64,000 bases of DNA from Candidatus Cloacimonadales bacterium (GCA_963662275.1 OY759316.1:2464001-2528000); one strand, 5' to 3'. Shown: positions 1-10,957, counted from the first letter of the stretch. Notes: a model not told the origin generated them from the letters alone. Translations and numbers: made by a program.

Positions 1-1
1 C

Positions 2-1789
2 TGCGTTGTAAATAATATCGCCTACATAGCAGATGGTTATTCTGGTTTGCTAATGCTTGATGTGTCTGATCCTCTAGATATAACATTACTTGGTACTTAT
101 GTTACATCAGGCAGTGTTAATTCTGTTCAAGTTGTTGGCGATTTAGCTTATTTGGGTAAAGAGAATCATGACGGATTTTTACAGATAGTCAATGTATCTA
201 ATCCGCAGAATCCAATTTTTCTGGGTTCATATTCAAGTTTGTTATCAACCGGGAATGAAACTTCAGTTGCAATCGATGGTAACTATGCTTATTTGACTTT
301 AGGTACTGAATTTGTTCCAATTAATATTTCAGATCCCCAGAATCCTACTGCGGGATGGATTCCTAATACTTGGGGTAATATAAATTATATAACTTCGCAG
401 GATGGATTCATTTATGCGACAAATGATTATCAAGGACTTTATGTAAAAAATATCAATAGTGGTCAAATATATTACTATGATACTTTTGGACAGACATTAT
501 CTGTGGCAATCGTTAACGAAATCGCTTATTTAGTTGGTAATTCTGGATTACAGATTATTGATATATCTAATGCAAACAATTCCTCTTTAATTGGTTCCGC
601 TTATAATTTTTATTATGCGCAGTCTATAGTTGTTAAATATGATGCTAGTTGGGGAGAGATTGCATTTATCATAAATTCTGCATTCTTATCAACATTTAGT
701 GTATCAAACCCTCAGAATCCAACACAGCTTGGAACACGCGTGTTTCCTTCTTGGGCTAATTCTGTCTCGGTCAATGGAAATACTGCTTACGTGGCAGCAA
801 CATCATCAGGATTGCAAGTAGTCGATATCTCCGATTTGACTAACCCAATTATCGCGGGATCTTACGATACACCAGGAAGTGCGCTATCTATAGCAGTTGT
901 AGGCAATATTGCTTATGTAGCTGATGATGACTATGGTTTGCAGATTATCAATGTAGCTAACCCTAACGAACCCATGTTATTTCATTCTTATGATACTCCT
1001 GGAAATGCAACGTTTATCAGTGTAGTTGATTATGTTGCGTACATTGCAGATGGTAATTCAGGGTTACAGATTATTAATGTCGCTAATCCCGAAAATCCTG
1101 TCCCACTTGGATCATACGATACACCAGGGAATGCAGCATGTGTTCAAATCGTCGGCAATATAGCCTATGTTGCTGATGGTTCCAACGGTTTACTTGTTTT
1201 AGATATAAGCAATCCAGTTGTGCCAGTCTTATTACATACGTACAACTTACATCCCTCAAGCTACATTGGCTATTGTTACAAATTTGATAATCGGCTCTAT
1301 GTACCTGATGATTACTGGAACGAAATCAATGTATTTGATATCAATATTCCTCAATCACCAGTTCTGGTTAATAGATATTCTTGGAATTTGGAAACAGACG
1401 GGATGTGTATTGACAATAATTTGCTATATACGGCAAATGGACGTTATGGTATGAACATACATGATATCACAACATTTCCCATTTCAGGAGATGATTCAGT
1501 TCAATATCCTGAAATGCCCTCCTTATTAAAGAACTTTCCAAACCCATTTAAATCTGCAACTATCATTAGTTTTGAAGTTAAAGAAGCATGTAAGACCATA
1601 ATTGATGTATATAATGTCAAAGGTCAGATTGTCCGCACTTTAATCAATGAAACTAAGAGTATAGGGAATCATAAAGTTGTTTGGGATGGCAAAGACAAGC
1701 TAGGTAGAAGTCTGGCTACTGGTATATATTTTATTAATATGAAAGCTGGTAGTTACTCTACTACAAAGAAAGTAATCTTGATTAGGTAG
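2..1789 (+). CDS. LVIVD-repeat beta-propeller protein with C-terminal FlgD-Ig/secretion-sorting domain (5'-truncated by window edge)
   Basis: Frame is open from nt 2 (CVVNNIAYIADGYSGLL...). Many 'GSYDTPG.A..V.VVGNIAYVAD...GLQII.V' repeats; C-terminus 'NFPNPF...YNVKGQ.VRTL...WDGKD..G..LATGIYF...KKVILIR'. Confidence 0.85.
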   Translation, partial: CVVNNIAYIADGYSGLLMLDVSDPLDITLLGTYVTSGSVNSVQVVGDLAYLGKENHDGFLQIVNVSNPQNPIFLGSYSSLLSTGNETSVAIDGNYAYLTLGTEFVPINISDPQNPTAGWIPNTWGNINYITSQDGFIYATNDYQGLYVKNINSGQIYYYDTFGQTLSVAIVNEIAYLVGNSGLQIIDISNANNSSLIGSAYNFYYAQSIVVKYDASWGEIAFIINSAFLSTFSVSNPQNPTQLGTRVFPSWANSVSVNGNTAYVAATSSGLQVVDISDLTNPIIAGSYDTPGSALSIAVVGNIAYVADDDYGLQIINVANPNEPMLFHSYDTPGNATFISVVDYVAYIADGNSGLQIINVANPENPVPLGSYDTPGNAACVQIVGNIAYVADGSNGLLVLDISNPVVPVLLHTYNLHPSSYIGYCYKFDNRLYVPDDYWNEINVFDINIPQSPVLVNRYSWNLETDGMCIDNNLLYTANGRYGMNIHDITTFPISGDDSVQYPEMPSLLKNFPNPFKSATIISFEVKEACKTIIDVYNVKGQIVRTLINETKSIGNHKVVWDGKDKLGRSLATGIYFINMKAGSYSTTKKVILIR

Positions 1790-1903
1790 TAGTCGATTTA
1801 TCCCTTTTTTCAAAAGATGATATTCATGCATCAACCATTTTCCATTTCTTCTCTCAACCTATAAGCTGTAAGCTGATAGGTTGTAGCAATTGACAGGGAA
1901 AGC

Positions 1904-1930
1904 AAAACAGCAGGCTTTCACCTGCTGTTT
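1904..1930. terminator. Putative bidirectional intrinsic terminator between convergent genes
   Basis: Inverted repeat aaacagcagg-ctttca-cctgctgttt between the stop codons of the LVIVD gene and serC. Confidence 0.6.
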
Positions 1931-1952
1931 AATATCTAATGCAAAAATAGTA

Positions 1953-3050
1953 TTATTTGTTTTCACCTTGGAATTTGATCATAAATTCAGCAAGAGCATG
2001 GCAACTGGCAACAGGGCAGGCATTGTAAGTAGAGGCACGAACACCGCCGACACTACGATGACCTTTCAGTCCGATCATACCGAGAGCTTTTGCTTCCTTG
2101 ATGAATTTTTCTTCCAGTTCTTCGGTGGGAAGTCTGAAAGTGATATTCATGAGGGAGCGATCTTCCTTCGCGACTGTACCTTTATAGAAGCCTTCTGAAT
2201 TGTCGATGGCATCATAGATATACTTTGCTTTCGCCTGGTTATTGATGGCAACCTGCTTCAAGCCACCGCATGATTCGATCCATTTCAAAATAAGACCAAT
2301 GATATAGATGGCGAATGTAGGTGGTGTATTGAACATGGAGCCGTTACCGATGTGGGTCTTGTAGCTGAGCATTGTAGCTAAGCTGGGTTGAGCCTTCTCG
2401 ATAGCAGCGAGGAGATCATTGCGAATAATAACCACAACGCATCCTGCTGGTCCGACGTTCTTCTGAGCACCTGCATAGATCAGGGAATAGCGTTTGGCAT
2501 CAATGGGTTTGCTCATAAAGTTGGAGGACATATCTGAAATTAAGGGAACATCAGCGGGTACTTCCGGGTCGAAATGATATTCTGTTCCATAGATAGTATT
2601 GTTGTTCGTGATATGTAAGTAGGCTGGGTTTTCTGAAAGCGTATATTCTTTGGGTATAAAAGAGAATTTGCTTTCTTCTGAAGTTGCAGCCAGATGCGTC
2701 TTCTTTCCGATCTTCTTGGCTTCCTTATACGCTTTGGTTGCCCATTCACCGGTATTGATATAGTTTGCCACTTTATCATCCGGACACAGGTTCAGCGGAA
2801 CCATGAGGAATTGCAGGCTTGCTCCGCCCTGGAGAAAGAGAACATCATAATCATCACCCAGCTCGTACAGGGCTTTTACTCTCGCCATGGCATCGTCAAT
2901 GATTGCCTGGTATTCTTTGGAACGGTGAGACATTTCCATGACAGATTGTCCGGTTCCTTTGTAGTTCAGAAGGTCGGCTTGAATTTCACGTAAGACTTCC
3001 TCTGGTAAAACAGCGGGTCCGGCATTAAAATTGTGGGCTCTTTTTTCCAT
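1953..3050 (-). CDS. serC: Phosphoserine aminotransferase (canonical copy)
   Basis: NFNAGPAVLP, EMSHRS, LQGGASLQF, TGEWA, NNTIYG, DMSS, YAGAQKNVGPAG, NTPP, GHRSVGGVRAS motifs; GGAG RBS before ATG at 3050. Confidence 0.95.
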   Translation of the reverse strand: MEKRAHNFNAGPAVLPEEVLREIQADLLNYKGTGQSVMEMSHRSKEYQAIIDDAMARVKALYELGDDYDVLFLQGGASLQFLMVPLNLCPDDKVANYINTGEWATKAYKEAKKIGKKTHLAATSEESKFSFIPKEYTLSENPAYLHITNNNTIYGTEYHFDPEVPADVPLISDMSSNFMSKPIDAKRYSLIYAGAQKNVGPAGCVVVIIRNDLLAAIEKAQPSLATMLSYKTHIGNGSMFNTPPTFAIYIIGLILKWIESCGGLKQVAINNQAKAKYIYDAIDNSEGFYKGTVAKEDRSLMNITFRLPTEELEEKFIKEAKALGMIGLKGHRSVGGVRASTYNACPVASCHALAEFMIKFQGENK

Positions 3051-3114
3051 TTTTTTCTCCATATTATTATTTTTTCGAAAAATAAAAACTCAGATTAGTG
3101 TGGCAAGTTTTTTT

Positions 3115-4230
3115 TTATTTCTCATCCTTATCAGCAAATTGTTTAGGATTTGCGACACGGAATTTGTTCATAAATATTGCAAGGGCATGGCAACTCACGA
3201 CCGGGCAGGAATTATAGATTGAAGCACGAATTCCACCAACATTTCGATGCCCCTTTAATCCAATCATATTCAAAGCATATGCTTCATTAATGAATTTTTC
3301 CTCCAGTTCCTCGCTGGGTAGTCTGAATGTGATATTCATGAATGATCGATCTTTTAACTGCACAGCTCCACGATAATAGCCGTAAGAGCCATCAATGGCA
3401 TCATAAATATACTTTGCCTTATGTTTATTATTAATTTCAACTTGCCTTAATCCACCGCTAATTTGGATCCACCTGAGCATCAGACCAGTGACATAGATGG
3501 AAAAAGTAGGTGGCGTATTAAACATAGAACTGCTATCAATATGTGTTTTATAACTGAGCATAGTCGGCAAGTCTGGTTGTAGTCTTTCAATAAGATCCTT
3601 GCGAATAATGACAATCGTACATCCGGCGATACCTATATTCTTTCCTGCACTAGCATAAATTAAGGAATAACGTTTGACATCGATTGGTTTGCTCATGAAA
3701 TCTGATGACATATCTGCAATAAGTGGAACATCATTGGGTATAACAGGATCGAAATGATATTCTGTTCCATAAATAGCATTGTTAGTTGTAATATGCAAAT
3801 ATGCTGGATTTTTGAATATCATAAAATCCTTAGGGATGTGGTTAAAATTGCTATCTTCCGAGGAAGCTGCCATGAAAGCTTTTTTTCCTATTTTCCTCGC
3901 TTCATCATGAGCTTTAATCGCTGATTCCCCCGTGCAAATGTAATTTGCAACTTGTCTGTCAGAACATAAATTTAAGGGAATCATTAAATATTGAAGACTT
4001 GCTCCTCCCTGGAGAAAGAGTACTTCATAGTCATCACCAAGGCGATATAAGCTCTTAACACTTTCCTGAGCATCATCTATAATAGCTTGATAATCTTTTG
4101 AACGATGTGACATTTCCAACACAGATTGCCCTGTCTGATGATAATTTAACAGGTTAGCTTGTATTTCCATCAAGACTTCATCGGGTAAAACAGCAGGACC
4201 GGCATTGAAGTTATGTGCTCTTTTTTTCAC
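3115..4230 (-). CDS. serC: Phosphoserine aminotransferase-like paralogue with altered PLP-site residues
   Basis: Colinear with the adjacent serC over its full length, but has TGESA, NNAIYG and YASAGKNIGIAG in place of the canonical motifs; GGAGG RBS before GTG. Confidence 0.85.
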   Translation of the reverse strand: MKKRAHNFNAGPAVLPDEVLMEIQANLLNYHQTGQSVLEMSHRSKDYQAIIDDAQESVKSLYRLGDDYEVLFLQGGASLQYLMIPLNLCSDRQVANYICTGESAIKAHDEARKIGKKAFMAASSEDSNFNHIPKDFMIFKNPAYLHITTNNAIYGTEYHFDPVIPNDVPLIADMSSDFMSKPIDVKRYSLIYASAGKNIGIAGCTIVIIRKDLIERLQPDLPTMLSYKTHIDSSSMFNTPPTFSIYVTGLMLRWIQISGGLRQVEINNKHKAKYIYDAIDGSYGYYRGAVQLKDRSFMNITFRLPSEELEEKFINEAYALNMIGLKGHRNVGGIRASIYNSCPVVSCHALAIFMNKFRVANPKQFADKDEK

Positions 4231-4401
4231 ATTTCCTCCATTCTTGTCTTTTATTCATAATATGAATAATCTGTTTAATAAGCAAGTTATTTTTATGAGT
4301 ACTTATGTTTTTTACATAATTGAAGAACGTTAATCAATAATCATCGATTTTTTTCATTGACTCACACATAGATTAACAAATTATCAGTCAGAGGAAAGTA
4401 C

Positions 4402-4986
4402 ATGATTCATACATTTCTAAAAGGTAAGAAAGTCGTCCTGGCATCAGAATCTCCCAGGCGAAAGAAAATCTTCAATATGATTGGAATTCATGCATTACAA
4501 ATGCCAGCCCACTTGGAGGAACCAATTGAAGATATTCCACCGCATAAATACGTTATGAAATATGCCCGGAAGAAAGCAGAGTGCGTTTACCACAATGTCG
4601 ATAGCGATTGTGTAGTAGTGGGAGCAGACACGATTGTCTATATGGATCATAAGATATTTGGAAAACCTGTAGATATCTATCAAGCAACGGATTATCTTTC
4701 TCTTCTCTCCGGTAATCGGCATGACGTTTATACAGGAATTTGCATTGCCTATAAAAATCAGTATTATATTGATTATGAGAAGACTTCTGTTGAATTCAAA
4801 GTGCTATCGATTAATGAGATTGAAGAATATGTCAAAACTAATGAACCCATGGATAAAGCAGGTGCATATGGTATCCAAGGGTATGGAAGCCAGTTTATTA
4901 CGAAAGTGAGTGGCTGCTATTTCAATGTGATGGGATTCCCTGTTTCCTGTTTTCACGAACTACTGAAAAAGATCATGCAATCATGA
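4402..4986 (+). CDS. maf: Maf-family nucleoside triphosphate pyrophosphatase
   Basis: LASESPRR, GADTIV, GKP, DKAGAYGIQG, NVMGFP motifs. Confidence 0.93.
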   Translation: MIHTFLKGKKVVLASESPRRKKIFNMIGIHALQMPAHLEEPIEDIPPHKYVMKYARKKAECVYHNVDSDCVVVGADTIVYMDHKIFGKPVDIYQATDYLSLLSGNRHDVYTGICIAYKNQYYIDYEKTSVEFKVLSINEIEEYVKTNEPMDKAGAYGIQGYGSQFITKVSGCYFNVMGFPVSCFHELLKKIMQS

Positions 4987-4993
4987 AGGAAAA

Positions 4994-6463
4994 ATGAAAA
5001 CTCTCTTCACAAATGCTACGATTTATTCCCTGCGCTTTGAAAATGAATCATATAAATCAATGTTGGTTGAAGACGGTATTATTAAAGACGTCTTTCAGAA
5101 TATACCAACAATGAATTCAGAAATTGTCGATTTACAAGGAGCATTTGTTTATCCGGGATTCATTGATACTCATACTCATTCCTTTGAAGGTGGTTTATAT
5201 AGCTTGGGTGTTAACCTGGAAAAAGCGAAAACGATTTCTGAAACACTAGAACTTCTCAGAATGGCAAAACCACAGGGAAATCTTATTTTTGCTTATCATT
5301 TTGATGAAACAGAAATGAAAGAAAAACGCTTCCCTACCCTGGAAGAACTTGATTCAATATTTCCCTCAAATCCAGTACTTTTAAGAAGAGTAGATGGACA
5401 TTCCTGTGTCATTAATTCTGAAGCTGCCAAACGCATTCCTTGGGGACAAGCTCCTCCTCCTGGTTTTTATGGTTTATTACGTAAAGAAGATAACGATCTG
5501 GCAGCACACTGGTTTCATGGAAATCTATCTGATGAAGCTGTTCTGCAGGCATATCAGCAAGCAGCTCAACTGGCAATCAACGGTGGACACACGACGATTC
5601 ATACGATGATTGGTGATTCTGTCAATAATCCAACCCACTATGCCCTTATAGAAAAGCATAAAGCTAAATTTCCCATAGAATTCATCACTTATCCTCAGAT
5701 GTTTGATATCAGGAAAGCTCTGGAGCTTGGTTCAAAACGAATTGGCGGATGTATATTAGCAGACGGTTCCTTTGGCTCACACACCGCTGCACTGACAGTT
5801 CCTTATACAGACGAGCCTGATAATTACGGTACACTTTACCATGATGATGAATTCTGGATGAATTTCGTTATGGAAGCTCATAATAACGATTTGCAAGTGG
5901 CAGTTCATTGTATAGGGGATAAAGCTGTGAATCAAATTCTGCAAGCTTATGAAATGGTTCAAAAGCAAAAACTAAAAGATTTGCGTCATGAGCTTATTCA
6001 TTGTGAACTAATGACGGATGATATGTTAAAAAGAGCACGAAATGCAGGCGTTAGCTGTGTTATGCAACCGATGTTTGATCATTTATGGGGTGGAGATTCA
6101 GGCTTATATGCGAGAGTACTGGGAACTGATAGAGCTTTTTCCACCAATCGTTTCGCTTCTATAATGAAACAAGGTATCCTTTGCACAGGTGGGTCAGACT
6201 GGTATATTACAGAGTTGAATGCCCTCAAGGGGATTTCAGCAGCAGTACATCATCATAATCCCAAGGAAGCACTCTCTCCCTATGAAGCGGTCAAGCTATA
6301 TACTGTCAATGCTGCAAAGCTATCACATGATGAAAACAGAATAGGAAAGATCACGCAGAATTACCAGGCAGATTTTGTCTGTCTAGGCAGTAACATTATG
6401 CATTCGAATGATATTGCTTCAATTCCACTGTTATCTGTCTATAAAAAAGGCATCAAAGTATGA
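4994..6463 (+). CDS. Metal-dependent amidohydrolase (Amidohydro_3/YtcJ-like)
   Basis: PGFIDTHTH, DGSFGSHTAAL, VHCIGD, GSDW, ADFV motifs. Confidence 0.85.
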   Translation: MKTLFTNATIYSLRFENESYKSMLVEDGIIKDVFQNIPTMNSEIVDLQGAFVYPGFIDTHTHSFEGGLYSLGVNLEKAKTISETLELLRMAKPQGNLIFAYHFDETEMKEKRFPTLEELDSIFPSNPVLLRRVDGHSCVINSEAAKRIPWGQAPPPGFYGLLRKEDNDLAAHWFHGNLSDEAVLQAYQQAAQLAINGGHTTIHTMIGDSVNNPTHYALIEKHKAKFPIEFITYPQMFDIRKALELGSKRIGGCILADGSFGSHTAALTVPYTDEPDNYGTLYHDDEFWMNFVMEAHNNDLQVAVHCIGDKAVNQILQAYEMVQKQKLKDLRHELIHCELMTDDMLKRARNAGVSCVMQPMFDHLWGGDSGLYARVLGTDRAFSTNRFASIMKQGILCTGGSDWYITELNALKGISAAVHHHNPKEALSPYEAVKLYTVNAAKLSHDENRIGKITQNYQADFVCLGSNIMHSNDIASIPLLSVYKKGIKV

Positions 6464-7014
6464 TCGCTACGGATTTTATGAGAGCGGTTAAAACACTTGC
6501 CTGGAGAGAATTTGTTCTGTATCCAAAGTCTAATTTGATTGATTATTATAAGCTTTTTTACCAAGGCACTTTTGGACCGGGTCATCTTATTAGTAACAGG
6601 CAAACAGCATATTCTCATCTCCTGGAGGAGATAGTCGACAGCAGTAATACTGAAGCACCTTTTCTACAGGATATCTCATTTATAAACCCATATTGTCGCG
6701 TAAGTCTGGAAATCGTGGAGAAGAAACTGATTGAAGCTGATGCTTTCTTTGATATTTTGCTGGAAAGCTGCACAGTACAGAGAATCCTCTCCCCCATTGA
6801 ATGGAATGAAGCTTGGCTTGATATTGAGAATATCCTTTTTCAAATATTACCTAAATTGAAAGAACAGGATTTAGCGGATACCATTCATAATCACTTACAT
6901 GGTGATAAAGTACCCATTTTCAGACATAGTGAATCCTTTCGAGAAGCTTATCATCCGCATTATCGTTTGATAAGAAAAGATCTGTTACCCAGTCATATTC
7001 TACTTTATACATAA
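6460..7014 (+). CDS. Conserved hypothetical protein
   Basis: 184-aa ORF overlapping the upstream stop (ATGA); DYYKLFYQ..FGPGH and HSESFREAYHPHYR motif-like segments. Confidence 0.65.
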   Translation: MIATDFMRAVKTLAWREFVLYPKSNLIDYYKLFYQGTFGPGHLISNRQTAYSHLLEEIVDSSNTEAPFLQDISFINPYCRVSLEIVEKKLIEADAFFDILLESCTVQRILSPIEWNEAWLDIENILFQILPKLKEQDLADTIHNHLHGDKVPIFRHSESFREAYHPHYRLIRKDLLPSHILLYT

Positions 7015-7035
7015 CAAAATAGAAGGAAGCATATT

Positions 7036-9174
7036 TTGAAGAAGAAAACAGCCAAAATAGCACAACCTTTGAAACCGAAACCTCATTTTTCTGTCTTTCG
7101 CTATAGCAACCTGATATTCATTATTCTGATTATACTTGCTGGTATCGTTTCCTACAGCAATTCTTTCACAGTGCCCTTCCAGTTTGATGATTATGTAAAT
7201 TTTGTGAACCAGCAGAGTAATCACGATCTTTCTCACTTTGGAAATCTAACTACATGGATTCATGCAACCAATAGACCTTTATCCAATTTTTCATTAGCTT
7301 TAAACTATCATTTCAATGGTTTCGAAACTAATAATTACCATGTAATCAATCTACTCTTTCATGTATTAACAGGATTGGTTCTATTTCTCCTGATCTTCCA
7401 ATTGACTAATTTCTTTATGAAAGATGATAAAACCAGCCGAAGCTGGTTTGCTTTCCTGGTATCCTTAGTTTTTGTTTTACACCCTATTCAAACACAAGCA
7501 GTAACTTATATCGTTCAAAGAATGTCTGTGATGGCTGCCCTGTTTTACCTCCTATCCATTTACTTGTATGGAGAGGGTAGAATCAAACATATAGATATGG
7601 GGATATCAAAGAAGACATGCCTTTTATATGCGTTGTCTTTCATATCGTTCATTTTGGCTTTGGAAAGTAAAGAAAATGCAGCTACTTTGCCTGTTGTGCT
7701 GCTTTTATACGAAATCTGTTTTATTAGAGATAAGCAGAATAAACCATTTCTTAAATACATCATATCCTTTGGGGCTATACTTGTTTTAATTGGAACTGCA
7801 ATCGTCATATCCGGTCATATTCCCAAGCAGACTGATCTGATTACAAGAGGGCAATATTTCCTTACTCAAATACGTGTCATTGTTCAATACTTAAAACTCC
7901 TTGTTCTTCCAATTGGTTTGAACATTGATCATGACGTTAAATTAAGCAGTTCATTCTTCGCTTTACCAGTCATTATCAGCACTATAATATTACTTGTATT
8001 ACTAGACATGAGTTACCATCTTTATAAAAAACATCGTATTATATCATTTGCTATTTTGTGGTTTTTTATCACATTAGCCGTAGAATCTTCCATTATTCCC
8101 ATCAGTGATGTCATGGTAGAGCATAGATTATATCTTCCATTGGTTGGATTTGCCATTGCCCTGGTTTATGCAGCAAAGTATATTTTGGGTAAGAACCATC
8201 AATCCTATTATCAGTATGGAATTCTTCTCATTGTTATTCTATACGGGGGGTTGACCATTCACCGAAATCACATATGGCAAAGTGAAGAAGGATTATGGAC
8301 TGATACAATATCCAAATCCCCAAACAAAGCAAGACCACATAGGATGCTTGCTGATGTTTATCTCAAACAGGAGCGTTTCAGCGATGCTAGGCAAGAGTAT
8401 AAAAAGGCTATCCAGATCGAACCGAAGAATCCCGAGTTTTACGTTAATTATGGATATTCACTTGAGAAATCAGGTGATTTGTCTTCAGCAAAAAAAGCTT
8501 ATCTGCAATCATTAGCAATTTTACCTAATCAATCTATGGTCTATGTTAATCTAGGCAATATTGCCCAGCAACAATATGAGTTCGTGCAAGCAGCATCGTT
8601 TTACAAGAAAGCTTTGCAATTGAAACCTGATTTCCAGGAAGCTTCGCTTGGACTAGCAGCAGCTTTTGATAAAATGGGAGACCATCAAGCAGCCCAAGCC
8701 TTATATGGGAATTCCAATAGCGCATCTTACGATGCTTCACTTCGACTTGGGATGTCTTTGTTAGAACAGGGGAATTATCCAAATGCAATATCCAGCCTGG
8801 AAAAAGCTATTCAATTAGAACCGACAAAAGCAGAAGCATATTATCAATTGGGCAGGGTATATTTAAGTAAACATCAAATGAGTAAAGCAGCAGATTATTG
8901 GAAGAAAGCACTTTCATTTGATCATGATTATTATATGGCATACAATGATTTAGGTACTGCTGCTTATATGAGTCAATTATTTAAGCTATCTATAGATTAC
9001 TGGGAGAAATCATTGAAGATAAATGCCAACCAAGCAAGTATCTATGCCATGATCGGTTCTTCCTATTACCAGATGGGAGATAAGCAAAAATTAATCGAGT
9101 ATTACAAAAAAGCTGCTGATTTAGGATATGCTCCTGCGAAAGAAGCTCTAAAAAAACAATTCATGGAGGATTGA
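7036..9174 (+). CDS. TMTC-like GT-C membrane glycosyltransferase with C-terminal TPR repeats (copy 1)
   Basis: About 11 hydrophobic segments; FQFDDY acidic first loop, RPL, HPIQTQAVTYIVQR, SKENA, EHRLYLP; followed by TPR repeats. Confidence 0.85.
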   Translation: MKKKTAKIAQPLKPKPHFSVFRYSNLIFIILIILAGIVSYSNSFTVPFQFDDYVNFVNQQSNHDLSHFGNLTTWIHATNRPLSNFSLALNYHFNGFETNNYHVINLLFHVLTGLVLFLLIFQLTNFFMKDDKTSRSWFAFLVSLVFVLHPIQTQAVTYIVQRMSVMAALFYLLSIYLYGEGRIKHIDMGISKKTCLLYALSFISFILALESKENAATLPVVLLLYEICFIRDKQNKPFLKYIISFGAILVLIGTAIVISGHIPKQTDLITRGQYFLTQIRVIVQYLKLLVLPIGLNIDHDVKLSSSFFALPVIISTIILLVLLDMSYHLYKKHRIISFAILWFFITLAVESSIIPISDVMVEHRLYLPLVGFAIALVYAAKYILGKNHQSYYQYGILLIVILYGGLTIHRNHIWQSEEGLWTDTISKSPNKARPHRMLADVYLKQERFSDARQEYKKAIQIEPKNPEFYVNYGYSLEKSGDLSSAKKAYLQSLAILPNQSMVYVNLGNIAQQQYEFVQAASFYKKALQLKPDFQEASLGLAAAFDKMGDHQAAQALYGNSNSASYDASLRLGMSLLEQGNYPNAISSLEKAIQLEPTKAEAYYQLGRVYLSKHQMSKAADYWKKALSFDHDYYMAYNDLGTAAYMSQLFKLSIDYWEKSLKINANQASIYAMIGSSYYQMGDKQKLIEYYKKAADLGYAPAKEALKKQFMED

Positions 9175-9181
9175 GAAGAAT

Positions 9182-10048
9182 ATGCTGACAATCGTTGTTC
9201 CAATCTTCAACGAAGAGAAATCCCTGGTCACTATATTGCCAGTCTTACAAAAGATCAGTCTGGAAAATAACTGGAAAGTAATCCTAGTTGATGATGGATC
9301 TACTGATTCAACATCTACAATATTGAGCCAATACCGGGATATTATTAATTTTACGATTCTTGAGCATACCAGTAACAGAGGTTATGGTTCTGCATTGAAG
9401 ACCGGTTTTCGTTCTGTTACAACTCCTTATGTCATCACATATGATGGAGATGGACAGCATGATGTCGCTGATATTTCGGTTTTGCTGCATATGGCGCTTT
9501 CACAAAAAGCAGATCTCGTTGTTGGTAAGAGACCTTCGAGCAATAAACCTTCCTATCGAGATTTTGGGAAATTTCTTATTCGCTTGGTAGCATCAATGCT
9601 GATGAAAATACTCATCAAGGATTTGAATTCAGGAATGAAATTGTATAGAACTGACTTGCTTCTTTCATTTTTGCCTCTTTGTCCTGATTCAATGGCATTC
9701 AGTGATTTTATAACACTTTGCTTCTTGAGCCAAAATTATAAAGTAATCGAAAACCCGATAAGAATCTATCCAAGAAATAAAGGGAAAAGCAAAGTAAAAT
9801 TGCAAACCGCTTTTCAGACCGTTAATGAAATATTGAACATTATCTTGCTTTTCAATCCTGTAAAGATATTCCTGCCTGTATCCCTACTCTTTATCCTGGT
9901 TGGATTCGCCTGGGGTATTCCCTTCGTACTAGCTGGTAGAGGTGTAAGCGTAGGGGCGAGTTTATCAATTATCACAGGTATCATTATATTTATGATCGGC
10001 TTATTAGCAGAGCAGTTATCGATGCTTCTGAAAAGCGGAATAAAATAG
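9182..10048 (+). CDS. GT2 glycosyltransferase, polyprenol-phosphate glycosyltransferase (DPM1/GtrB-like) with two C-terminal TM helices
   Basis: VVPIFNEE, VDDGSTD, NRGYGSALKTG, DGDGQH, DLNSGMKLYR. Confidence 0.85.
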   Translation: MLTIVVPIFNEEKSLVTILPVLQKISLENNWKVILVDDGSTDSTSTILSQYRDIINFTILEHTSNRGYGSALKTGFRSVTTPYVITYDGDGQHDVADISVLLHMALSQKADLVVGKRPSSNKPSYRDFGKFLIRLVASMLMKILIKDLNSGMKLYRTDLLLSFLPLCPDSMAFSDFITLCFLSQNYKVIENPIRIYPRNKGKSKVKLQTAFQTVNEILNIILLFNPVKIFLPVSLLFILVGFAWGIPFVLAGRGVSVGASLSIITGIIIFMIGLLAEQLSMLLKSGIK

Positions 10049-10081
10049 ATTGTGTTTTGAATTCATGAAAAGGATGTTGTC

Positions 10082-10957
10082 ATGCTTAAATCCTTAAGTG
10101 TAATTGTACCTGTTTTTAATGAAGAGATCAGTATATCTCTCTTCATACCAGCTATCATTTCATTCTGCCAGGAAAATGATTGGAAACTAATCATCGTGAA
10201 TGATGGTTCTACAGATCGTACGAAAGAAATAATCCAACAGTATATTTCGGAAAACTCAGGAACGATCATCCATCATAAAGTAAACAGAGGTTATGGAGCT
10301 GCTGTAAAAAGTGGTATCTATGCTGCTAACACTGATTATTGTATTACTATTGATGCAGATGGACAGCATTTTTTAGAAGACATAGGACGTTTATATAAAC
10401 GCATCCAAGAGACAGATGCAGACATGATCGTCGGTTCGCGAAAAGGTTTAAAATCAGCATCCATATTTAGAAGAATAGCCAAAGGATTAATCCGTCAATT
10501 TGCTCGAATGATCATGCCGGTTCCAATCTATGATATTAATTCCGGTATGCGTATATTTAATACAGGAATTGCTCAAAAGATAGTACATTTATGCCCTGAT
10601 GGTATGTCCTTTTGTGATACGGTCACACTCTTATTTATTAATTTTAAACATTTGGTACTGGAAGAGCCAATCAGTATTCGTGATCGAATTGGCGGTAAAA
10701 GTAAAGCAAGAATGCAAACAGCTCTTGAAACTATCGTAGAGATACTGAACTTTGTTGTTTTGTTCAATCCAATGCGTATTTTTCTCCCTCTTGCTTTCTG
10801 TTTCTTCATACCCGGTCTGATCTGGGGAATTCATATGTTTGTCTTGGATAAGGGTATCAGTGGTGGTTCCAGTATTCTCATGATCATGGGAGTTCTTCTC
10901 TTTCTCTTAGGTTTTATATCAGAACAGATTACGCTAATTCGAAAACATATTCAATAG
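10082..10957 (+). CDS. GT2 glycosyltransferase, polyprenol-phosphate glycosyltransferase (paralogue of the upstream gene)
   Basis: IVPVFNEE, VNDGSTD, NRGYGAAVKSG, DADGQH, DINSGMRIF; two C-terminal TM helices. Confidence 0.85.
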   Translation: MLKSLSVIVPVFNEEISISLFIPAIISFCQENDWKLIIVNDGSTDRTKEIIQQYISENSGTIIHHKVNRGYGAAVKSGIYAANTDYCITIDADGQHFLEDIGRLYKRIQETDADMIVGSRKGLKSASIFRRIAKGLIRQFARMIMPVPIYDINSGMRIFNTGIAQKIVHLCPDGMSFCDTVTLLFINFKHLVLEEPISIRDRIGGKSKARMQTALETIVEILNFVVLFNPMRIFLPLAFCFFIPGLIWGIHMFVLDKGISGGSSILMIMGVLLFLLGFISEQITLIRKHIQ

